Assembly: GCA_035475995.1 (NCBI GenBank)
Contig: DATILZ010000239.1
Location: 1 to 33,848, forward strand
Direction of reading: 5' to 3'
Origin: Hanamia sp.
GTDB taxonomy: Bacteria > Bacteroidota > Bacteroidia > Chitinophagales > Chitinophagaceae
Length of the DNA stretch: 33,848 nt
The notes beneath the pieces are model-generated. The model worked only from the letters and a program-made list of their open reading frames with translations, did no database searches and was not told the origin of the DNA. Position 1 is the stretch's first letter, and the number at the start of each line of letters is the position of its first letter. Of the stretch, positions 26,615-33,848 are shown in pieces. Made by a program: the position numbers and the translations under genes.

Positions 26615-26634
26615 TAACCTTCAACCTTCAGCAT
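26615..26634. repeat. Short 7-bp tandem array
   Basis: TAACCTT-CAACCTT-CAGCAT, abutting the permease stop codon. Confidence 0.5.
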
Positions 26635-27861
26635 TCATTCATAATGCAAGGCCTCAATCGGATCTAAGCGAGATGCTTTTACTGCAGGATAATAGCCAAA
26701 AAATATTCCAGTGATGCCGCAAACAGCAAACGATATGATGATAGAGGAAACAGAAATGAGCGTTGGCCATTTTAAAAATATACTAATCAATTGAGATGCG
26801 CCGATTCCAAGCAATACGCCAATGATGCCGCCGATGATACTGATCACAATTGCTTCTATCAGAAATTGCATCAAAATGTCAATTCCACGCGCCCCGATTG
26901 ACATTCGCAAGCCGATTTCTTTGGTTCGCTCTGTTACAGACACATACATAATATTCATTATTCCTATTCCTCCAATTACCAAAGAAATTGCAGCAATTGC
27001 AGTAAGTAACACCGTGAGCAACTGGCTTGTAGAACTGAAGGTGTTAATCAATTCAGACATGGTGCGAATAAGAAAATCATCATCATCCGAAGGTTTTAAT
27101 TTATGCGATTTACGAAGGATGTTTGTAAGTTCCGCAACTGCGGAATCTGTAGTATTTTCATTGGTAGAAGAAGCATAAATATTCTGGATATAAGGAATGG
27201 CAAGGATCCGTTGCTGAACAGTAGTATAAGGAGCAAGTATGATATCATCCTGATCTGATCCAAATGCATTTTCACCTTTTGGTGCAAGTACACCGATTAT
27301 CGTAAAAGGAATTTTATTGAAACGGATAATTTTACCTATTGCATCTTCCCCGGGATTGAAAAGATTGGCAACAATAGTTTGCCCTACGACACACACTTTC
27401 GCAGCGGAGGCAATATTTTCATTATTAAAAGAAACGCCGTCTTTTAAAGGCCAGTCGCGGATCTTGAGATAATCGGCGCTCACGCCCATGATCTGTGTAG
27501 GCCAGTTTTTATTTCCATTAATTACCTGTCCTCGCGCTGATACTGCCGGCGAAACTTCACTAATATATTTTGATTCAGATTGTATGGCTTTTATGTCATC
27601 CAATGTAAGTGTTTGCAAGCCTGTTTGATCCAAACGCGCGCCGCCACCAACAGTTACATTGCTATAAGGCCTTACAGTAATCATATTGGAACCCATACTA
27701 GAAAGTTGTGCCTGAATGCTTTGTTTAGAGCCCTGGCCAATCGCAACCATTGCAATCACCGCTGCAACACCAATGATGATTCCAAGCATGGTAAGCAATG
27801 CTCTTAGTTTATTTCGCTGCAACGCCCTAATGGCTATTTGCAAAAGATTGCTCAACTTCAT
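26635..27861 (-). CDS. MacB/FtsX-family ABC transporter permease
   Basis: RALLTMLGIIIGV, IGGIGIMNIM.VSVTERTKEIGLR and PIEAL motifs. Confidence 0.95.
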   Translation of the reverse strand: MKLSNLLQIAIRALQRNKLRALLTMLGIIIGVAAVIAMVAIGQGSKQSIQAQLSSMGSNMITVRPYSNVTVGGGARLDQTGLQTLTLDDIKAIQSESKYISEVSPAVSARGQVINGNKNWPTQIMGVSADYLKIRDWPLKDGVSFNNENIASAAKVCVVGQTIVANLFNPGEDAIGKIIRFNKIPFTIIGVLAPKGENAFGSDQDDIILAPYTTVQQRILAIPYIQNIYASSTNENTTDSAVAELTNILRKSHKLKPSDDDDFLIRTMSELINTFSSTSQLLTVLLTAIAAISLVIGGIGIMNIMYVSVTERTKEIGLRMSIGARGIDILMQFLIEAIVISIIGGIIGVLLGIGASQLISIFLKWPTLISVSSIIISFAVCGITGIFFGYYPAVKASRLDPIEALHYE

Positions 27862-27874
27862 TTTTTAATTTTTT

Positions 27875-27937
27875 TCAACTTGAACATTCAACATTAAATC
27901 TGGAACCTCCAACCCTCAACCTCTAATCCTCAGCATC
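27875..27937. repeat. Degenerate 7-bp tandem array (about 9 units)
   Basis: TCAACTT GAACATT CAACATT AAATCTG GAACCTC CAACCCT CAACCTC TAATCCT CAGCATC, abutting the ATPase stop codon. Confidence 0.65.
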
Positions 27938-28693
27938 CTATTCTACCTCCTCACTCACCGGCAATTCAGCAAGCGCTTTTTTTGCGGAGCGGATATTTTC
28001 ATTTCGCGAATCACGAATTATTTTTCCGTCTCTTAATGTAATGGTTCTGCTGCTGAATGAAGCAATATCAGGCTCATGTGTTACAAAAACAATTGTTTTT
28101 CCCTGTTGATTTAACTCCTGGATCAAAGCCATAATTTCATACGAAGTTCTTGTGTCCAGGTTGCCCGTCGCTTCGTCGGCCAGGATCATTACCGGATGAT
28201 TAATCAATGCTCTTGCGATTGCGACCCGCTGTTGCTGGCCACCCGACATCTGGTTGGGCAAATGATCTTTACGGTCAGATAATTTTACTGCCTCTAAAGA
28301 AACAAGGGCTCTTTTTTCACGTTCGCTTTTTGATACAGAAGGATTATATAATAAAGGAAGCTCCACATTTTCAATAGCTGAAGTACGTGGCAATAAATTA
28401 TAAGATTGAAAAACAAATCCTATTTTTTCATTCCTGATCTTTGCCAGTTCATTTCGCGACAGCTTTCCAATATTCACTCCATCCAGCAAGTAAATACCAT
28501 CTGTTGGCTTATCAAGGCAGCCTAAAATATTTAACAGTGTTGTTTTGCCGGAACCACTGGCGCCCATAATGGTAACAAATTCACCTTCGTCAACAGAAAA
28601 AGAAATGCCTTTAAGCGCTCTCACAATTTCTTCGCCCATTTTAAACTCGCGTTTCAGATTTTCTATTTCAAGGATTTTTTTTGACATCAGCAA
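27938..28693 (-). CDS. MacB/LolD-family ABC transporter ATP-binding protein
   Basis: GASGSGKT, GFVFQSYNL, MSGGQQQRV and ADEATGNLD motifs; the start may be the second Met at 28687. Confidence 0.95.
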   Translation of the reverse strand: MLMSKKILEIENLKREFKMGEEIVRALKGISFSVDEGEFVTIMGASGSGKTTLLNILGCLDKPTDGIYLLDGVNIGKLSRNELAKIRNEKIGFVFQSYNLLPRTSAIENVELPLLYNPSVSKSEREKRALVSLEAVKLSDRKDHLPNQMSGGQQQRVAIARALINHPVMILADEATGNLDTRTSYEIMALIQELNQQGKTIVFVTHEPDIASFSSRTITLRDGKIIRDSRNENIRSAKKALAELPVSEEVE

Positions 28694-28710
28694 TTTTTAA
28701 AAAGTTCTTA

Positions 28711-29964
28711 TTATTTGCTTTTTGATGATGAACCGGAACCTTTTCCGGGAGTTTGCCTTCTTCGGGATGGCATGAAAGGACTTCTGGCCTCACCGGAAGC
28801 CGGTTTTACATTTGCAGCTTCCTCCACTCCATCAATAACTTCATCATCTTTATTCAACCCCGATAAAACCTGTACATGAATGTTGTCATTCATTCCGGTC
28901 ATAATTTTTCTTGCGATAATCTCATTTCCCTTTAATATCCATACCGTTTCCATTTTTGGAGGAAATGCTGTACTATTTTTATCAATTGAAGAGTCATTAT
29001 TTCTTGCATAATGATTATCTGCATTTCTGATAATTTTATATTGTTTTGTGACTAATGAATCGGGCGTAAAACTGATGGCTTTTGCTGAAATTAAATTGGC
29101 ATTGCTATCCTGCTGAAGATAAATGGTAATGTTTGCCGTCATCCCCGGTTTTAATTTCAGGTTATTATTTTCCGCATTGATAATGGTTACATAAGTAACC
29201 ACGTTTGCCGTTACTACCGGTTGCAGCCTTACTTCCTGTACGATTCCCTTAAATACATCATCGGGAAAAGCATCTACTGTAAAAGTCACATCCTGTCCTT
29301 TTTTTACATTGCCAATATCAGCTTCGTCAACTGCTGCACGTACCTGCATTTTGGAAAGATCTTTTGCAATAGAAAAAAGAGTAGGCGTATTAAAACTGGA
29401 AGCAACCGTTTGTCCTTCGCTCACATTTCTTGATAATACAGTTCCGTTTATTGGCGAATAAATGTTGGTATAAGAAAGATTTCTTTGTGCGGCAGCCAGC
29501 ACAGCTTTTGCACTGCCAACCGCTGCCTGGGCTGTATTATAGGTAGATTGTGCTGTTTCAAAATCGGCTTTACTGATGGCTCCTACATTGTATAATTTGG
29601 TTTGACGATCGAAATTTTGTTGCTGAAATTGTAAGTTACTTTCTGCATTTTGCAGATTCGCTCTATCCTGGTTTACCTGGTCATTGAGCAATGATTTATC
29701 TAAGGAAGCCAACAGTTCACCCTTTTTTACAGGTGAATTAAAATCAACATAAATATTTTGTATCGTGCCCGAAACCTGCGAACCAACAGCCACAGTATCT
29801 ACAGGTTGAATCGTTCCGGTAGCAGTTACGCTATTTGAAATACTTCCGGTATGCATCTCTTCCGTTTCTAATATAACCGGCTTGTCGGCATTCTTTTTTT
29901 TAAAATAAAAATAAATACCGGCGGCAATTACAAGAATTACAATGATCCAGATAATTTTTTTCAT
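28711..29964 (-). CDS. MacA-like periplasmic adaptor (membrane fusion protein)
   Basis: N-terminal membrane anchor, VGSQVSG, IYSPINGTV, VDEADIG and LKPGMTA motifs. Confidence 0.93.
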   Translation of the reverse strand: MKKIIWIIVILVIAAGIYFYFKKKNADKPVILETEEMHTGSISNSVTATGTIQPVDTVAVGSQVSGTIQNIYVDFNSPVKKGELLASLDKSLLNDQVNQDRANLQNAESNLQFQQQNFDRQTKLYNVGAISKADFETAQSTYNTAQAAVGSAKAVLAAAQRNLSYTNIYSPINGTVLSRNVSEGQTVASSFNTPTLFSIAKDLSKMQVRAAVDEADIGNVKKGQDVTFTVDAFPDDVFKGIVQEVRLQPVVTANVVTYVTIINAENNNLKLKPGMTANITIYLQQDSNANLISAKAISFTPDSLVTKQYKIIRNADNHYARNNDSSIDKNSTAFPPKMETVWILKGNEIIARKIMTGMNDNIHVQVLSGLNKDDEVIDGVEEAANVKPASGEARSPFMPSRRRQTPGKGSGSSSKSK

Positions 29965-29973
29965 TTTATTGCT

Positions 29974-31446
29974 TTATAATGTTATTGGTTTTCCCATATA
30001 AAATTCATAAATGCCATAGTTCAAAATCACATTGTATTTTGCCTGAATTAAGTTCTGCTGCGCCTGTATGAATAAATTCTTTTGAACCAAAAAATCAACC
30101 ATGTTCACCGCTCCAAGCTTTAATTGCTCATTGGCAATCCGATAATTTTCCTCGTTTGCATTAAACTGAACCTGTGCTGCGGCGTACTGCGCTTCCGCGT
30201 TCAGCACATTGATATAGGCCTGTTCTACCTGCTGAGATAAGACCAATTTTGTGCTTTTCAATGCAATCTGAGATTGATCAATGGCTATTTTTGATTTTTC
30301 AATATTGGTTTTATTAATACGGTTATTAAAAATTGGAATACCAAGCGTCAATCCGATACGCTGATAAAAATTATTGTTCAACTGGCCTAAATATTTCGTG
30401 TTCTGATCGTCTGAATATCCACTGGCAAGTGATCCGCCAGCAGAAACCGTAGGTTGATTTGTGGTATAGGCCTGCTTTAACTGCAAGTTGGCTTGTTCTA
30501 AAGCGACCTCACTGTTTTTTACTTCAGGCCGGTTTTGCAAAGCGCTGTCCTCTACCGATTGAAAATCGGAGGCGCCGCTTGGCACCGTTACATTTCCCGG
30601 ATCCTGTACCTGTAAGTTATAAGAGGAAGGTAATTGCAAAATTTGTTTGAGTGTAAGTGTATTTTGTCTTAGCTGATTTTGTGCAAGAACCACATTATAT
30701 TGATCTGTGGCAAGCGTAGCTTGTAATTGTACCAGGTCCTTTTTTGCGATGCTTCCGGCTTCAAAAAAGGTTTGCCCGTTTTTGTATTGTGCCTCCGAAG
30801 TCTGAACTACATTTTGCAGCGCCAGAATGTTTTCTTTATCAAGTAAAATATTCAGATATGCTTGTGCAATTTGAATGGTTATTTCATTTTCTGTTTGTTG
30901 AACATTCAGATTTGCTGCCTGCACATAAAGTTTTTGTGATTGAATATTGTTTTTTAAATAACCGCCCTGGTACAGGATTACAGAAGAATTAAGACTATAA
31001 TTACTGGCAAAATTTGCCTGTGTCTGAAAGCCTCCTACAACAGGATTTGCATTTTTGGAGTTGGTTAAATATTGTGTGCTGCTTGCAGATAAATTTGGAT
31101 AAGCTGCTGCTTTGGCCTGCAATAAATTTTGATTGTTAATGTCCACATCCAAAGAAAGTGTTTGCAATTGCAGGTTGTTTTTTGCAGCATAATTAAAACA
31201 ATCCTGCAGGCTCCATTTTTTCGCTAAAGTGACAGAAGTATCCTGCGCTATTATAGAAGCAGGCAGTACAGAAAGCAGGATGAATATAAAAGAGATGAAC
31301 TTAAAATTCCTGTAAAAGGTTGTAGAAGCCTTTTCATTTTTTGAGGAAGTAACCTGAAATTTTAAAATCGATGGTAACTTTTTCACTTCACACAGAACTT
31401 TTAAATTAATGATCAGACGTTTTTTATTTATTAAAACCTTCGCCAT
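29974..31446 (-). CDS. TolC-family outer-membrane efflux protein
   Basis: WSLQDCFNYA..NN, two OEP repeats, LGIPIFN. Start uncertain; an alternative GTG lies at 31386. Confidence 0.92.
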   Translation of the reverse strand: MAKVLINKKRLIINLKVLCEVKKLPSILKFQVTSSKNEKASTTFYRNFKFISFIFILLSVLPASIIAQDTSVTLAKKWSLQDCFNYAAKNNLQLQTLSLDVDINNQNLLQAKAAAYPNLSASSTQYLTNSKNANPVVGGFQTQANFASNYSLNSSVILYQGGYLKNNIQSQKLYVQAANLNVQQTENEITIQIAQAYLNILLDKENILALQNVVQTSEAQYKNGQTFFEAGSIAKKDLVQLQATLATDQYNVVLAQNQLRQNTLTLKQILQLPSSYNLQVQDPGNVTVPSGASDFQSVEDSALQNRPEVKNSEVALEQANLQLKQAYTTNQPTVSAGGSLASGYSDDQNTKYLGQLNNNFYQRIGLTLGIPIFNNRINKTNIEKSKIAIDQSQIALKSTKLVLSQQVEQAYINVLNAEAQYAAAQVQFNANEENYRIANEQLKLGAVNMVDFLVQKNLFIQAQQNLIQAKYNVILNYGIYEFYMGKPITL

Positions 31447-31615
31447 ATTTGTGAGTGGATGCTAGATTTTAAAATTTATTTACATTAATTATTGCAGCTA
31501 CAATTTAGAAGCCAGATACTTTTTTTTGTTTTTAAAGATTAGAGAAAAGAAATGAGGAATCTTTATTAAATGTTTGTTTGCCGGAAAATGAAATTTTTGT
31601 TTATTCGTTGTTGTG

Positions 31616-31623
31616 TAAATTTG
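31616..31623 (+). promoter_or_regulatory. -7 element (TAAATTTG) for the MFS gene
   Basis: Exact TAnnTTTG match 19 nt upstream of the ATG. Confidence 0.6.
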
Positions 31624-31642
31624 CAGTTTTTTAAATCGAAAA

Positions 31643-32875
31643 ATGAATCCAGCCGTCACATTAGAAAACAAACTCGAAAAAACTGTTTATCCGATATTAT
31701 TTGCCATCAGCTTTTCTCATTTATTAAACGATACCATTCAATCTTTAATACCTGCGATTTACCCGATCCTGAAAAATAATTACCGGCTCTCTTTTGCACA
31801 GGTTGGATTAATCACGCTCACTTTTCAAATGGCTGCCTCCCTGCTGCAACCCTTTGTGGGCTTATATACCGACAGAAAACCGCAGCCTTATTCTCTTGCA
31901 ACAGGAATGGGTTTTACTTTATCAGGCCTGATTGTTTTGTCTATGTCACACCATTTTTATCTTGTGCTGGTTTCAGTTGCTTTAATCGGAATTGGTTCTT
32001 CCATCTTTCATCCGGAATCTTCCAGGATGGCGCATGCTGCAGCGGGAGATCAAAGAGGTCTGGCGCAATCTATTTTTCAACTTGGTGGAAATCTTGGAAG
32101 TTCAATCGGTCCATTGCTTGCCGCATGGATCATTGTTCCTCATGGCCAAACCAGTATTATCTGGTTTTCACTAATTGCCCTGTTGGCTATTTTTGTGTTG
32201 ACAAAAGTAGGAAACTGGTACAAAGAAGTGGTGATAAAGATCAGGGCAAAACAAAAACAGAAAACGGCTGTTTTTCATCCTGCTTTTTCAAAAAGAAAAG
32301 TGGTTTTTTCTGTAGTAATTTTACTCGTTTTAATTTTTTCAAAATACTTTTATCTTGCGAGCCTTACCAGTTACTTTACCTTTTACCTGATCAATAAATT
32401 TCATGTTGGCATCCAGACTTCCCAGATATATTTATTTGTATTTTTATTTTCTGTAGCTGCTGGAACGCTAATTGGCGGTCCTTTGGGCGATCGGTTTGGA
32501 AGAAAATATGTAATCTGGTTTTCTATTCTGGGCACCGCGCCGTTTGCACTATTATTGCCTTATGCCAATCTTTTCTGGACAATCGTTTTAGTCGTTCCGA
32601 TTGGATTGATTTTGTCTTCTGCATTCTCTGCGATCCTCGTTTATGCACAGGAATTAATCCCTGGAAAAATCGGGTTGGTATCCGGATTATTTTTTGGATT
32701 CGCTTTTGGAATGGGTGGAATTGGCTCAGCCTTGCTGGGAGAATTAGCAGATAAAACGAGTATTATTCATGTTTATCACGTTACCTCTTTTCTTCCATTA
32801 ATAGGAATTATTACCGGATTTTTACCTAATATTGAAGGAAGCAGAAAGAGGAAGAAGATGGAAAAGATTGCCTGA
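31643..32875 (+). CDS. fsr: MFS transporter, Fsr (fosmidomycin resistance) family
   Basis: SHLLND.IQSL, SLLQPFVG, GSSIFHPE, AQSIFQLGGN and GDRFGRK motifs. Confidence 0.85.
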   Translation: MNPAVTLENKLEKTVYPILFAISFSHLLNDTIQSLIPAIYPILKNNYRLSFAQVGLITLTFQMAASLLQPFVGLYTDRKPQPYSLATGMGFTLSGLIVLSMSHHFYLVLVSVALIGIGSSIFHPESSRMAHAAAGDQRGLAQSIFQLGGNLGSSIGPLLAAWIIVPHGQTSIIWFSLIALLAIFVLTKVGNWYKEVVIKIRAKQKQKTAVFHPAFSKRKVVFSVVILLVLIFSKYFYLASLTSYFTFYLINKFHVGIQTSQIYLFVFLFSVAAGTLIGGPLGDRFGRKYVIWFSILGTAPFALLLPYANLFWTIVLVVPIGLILSSAFSAILVYAQELIPGKIGLVSGLFFGFAFGMGGIGSALLGELADKTSIIHVYHVTSFLPLIGIITGFLPNIEGSRKRKKMEKIA

Positions 32876-32939
32876 TTTTTGATAATTATTATTTCAGTAA
32901 ACAAACAAATATCCGCAAATTCTGTTTTCAGTTTTTCTT

Positions 32940-33716
32940 TTAATCTCCTTTAAAATTCGCTTTTCTTTTTTCAATAAACGCGGAAACGCCTTCTTTGAAA
33001 TCATTAGTTGCAGCAGCTTTTTGCTGAAGTAAATCTTCCGTTTCTAATTGCTGTTCTAACGTTTGTTCCAAAGATTTATTCAAGGCCTGCTTTGTATATG
33101 CCAGTCCTTTTGTCGGTAATTGAGAAAGCGTAACAGCAATTTTTTCTGCTTCGTAAAAAAATAATTCGTCAGGGAAATATTGATAGATCATTCCCATTCT
33201 TTCTGCTTCTTTAGCAGAAATTTTATCGCCAAGCATCATCAAAGCCGAAGATTTTTGAAGGCCAATCAAACGGGGTAAAAAATAAGTGCCGCCACAATCG
33301 GGGATCAAACCGATTTTACTAAAAGCCTGGATGAATGAAGCGGATTCTGCTGCTACTATTACGTCACAACATAAAGCCACATTCGCTCCTGCTCCCGCCG
33401 CAATTCCATTTACTGCTGCGATTACCGGTTTGCTTAGATTTCTTATTTTTCTGATGATCGGGTTGTATTGTTCAGAAATGATCTTTTCCATTTCTGCGCC
33501 ATTCGGATCAATGGCTTCAGTCAGATCCTGTCCTGATGAAAAACCTTTACCAGCGCCGGTTATATATACACAACGAATAGAAATATTTTTTTCACATTCA
33601 TCGAGTTTTTCCTGCAGATCTAAAGACATTTGGCGGTTAAATGCATTAAATTTTTCAGGGCGGTTTAGTGTAATAAATGCGATTGAATTTTTTATTTCAA
33701 AAAGAATGGAACTCAT
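32940..33716 (-). CDS. paaG: Enoyl-CoA hydratase/isomerase, PaaG-like
   Basis: LNRPEKFNAF, FSSGQDL, AAGAGAN.AL, IGLIPD.GG (PaaG-type Asp) and EGV.AF.EKR motifs. The symbol is tentative. Confidence 0.8.
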   Translation of the reverse strand: MSSILFEIKNSIAFITLNRPEKFNAFNRQMSLDLQEKLDECEKNISIRCVYITGAGKGFSSGQDLTEAIDPNGAEMEKIISEQYNPIIRKIRNLSKPVIAAVNGIAAGAGANVALCCDVIVAAESASFIQAFSKIGLIPDCGGTYFLPRLIGLQKSSALMMLGDKISAKEAERMGMIYQYFPDELFFYEAEKIAVTLSQLPTKGLAYTKQALNKSLEQTLEQQLETEDLLQQKAAATNDFKEGVSAFIEKRKANFKGD

Positions 33717-33770
33717 GTGATTGTTTGATGGATTCTTAATTTTTTACCGGTTACAACTGAATTCTCTACA

Positions 33771-33848
33771 TTATTTAAAATAATGAAAACATGTTTTTAT
33801 ATCTTCTTCAGATATCCTTGGATATGCTGCTAATAAATCTTTAATCGT
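33771..33848 (-). CDS. 3' end of a DUF433-like protein (runs off the right edge)
   Basis: Manual translation TIKDLLAAYPRISEEDIKTCFHYFK*, resembling the DUF433 'ee.l..YP.L..eDi.a.l.Y' C-terminal motif. Confidence 0.65.
   Translation of the reverse strand, partial: TIKDLLAAYPRISEEDIKTCFHYFK

Noticed and set aside
1-33848. tRNA, rRNA, prophage or transposase genes
   Set aside because: No cloverleaf or T-loop signatures, rRNA-like segments, integrase, transposase or phage structural ORFs were seen by eye.

Overview
AT-rich chromosomal window from a Bacteroidota genome, most likely Chitinophagaceae-like, judged from TAnnTTTG promoters, A-rich start contexts, gldA and a DUF2723 gene. It is mostly housekeeping: a truncated TonB-dependent receptor, radA, a fatty-acid hydroxylase, an FAH-family hydrolase, an ORF6N (KilA-N-like) protein, an aldo/keto reductase, a 3'-5' exonuclease, DUF2723, EamA, rimP-nusA-infB and a SurA-like PPIase. 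The rest is a divergent membrane protein/cytochrome c pair, gldA, an alpha/beta hydrolase, a MidA-type methyltransferase, an erythromycin-esterase-family protein, a TolC/MacA/split-MacB cluster, an Fsr-like MFS, a PaaG-like crotonase and the 3' end of a DUF433-like gene. I saw no rRNA, tRNA, CRISPR array or transposase. The most interesting signals are DNA-level: (1) palindromic cassettes with a shared core but different self-complementary arms, both inside and upstream of the ORF6N gene; (2) two FNR/DNR-type boxes, each exactly 36.5 bp from the -7 element of its own divergent promoter; (3) a 700-bp intergenic region with an 11-bp tandem array between 49-bp direct repeats; (4) a promoter-to-terminator unit that may be an sRNA or small ORF upstream of radA; (5) several short-period or REP-like intergenic repeat families. 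All family assignments come from motif recognition, not database searches.
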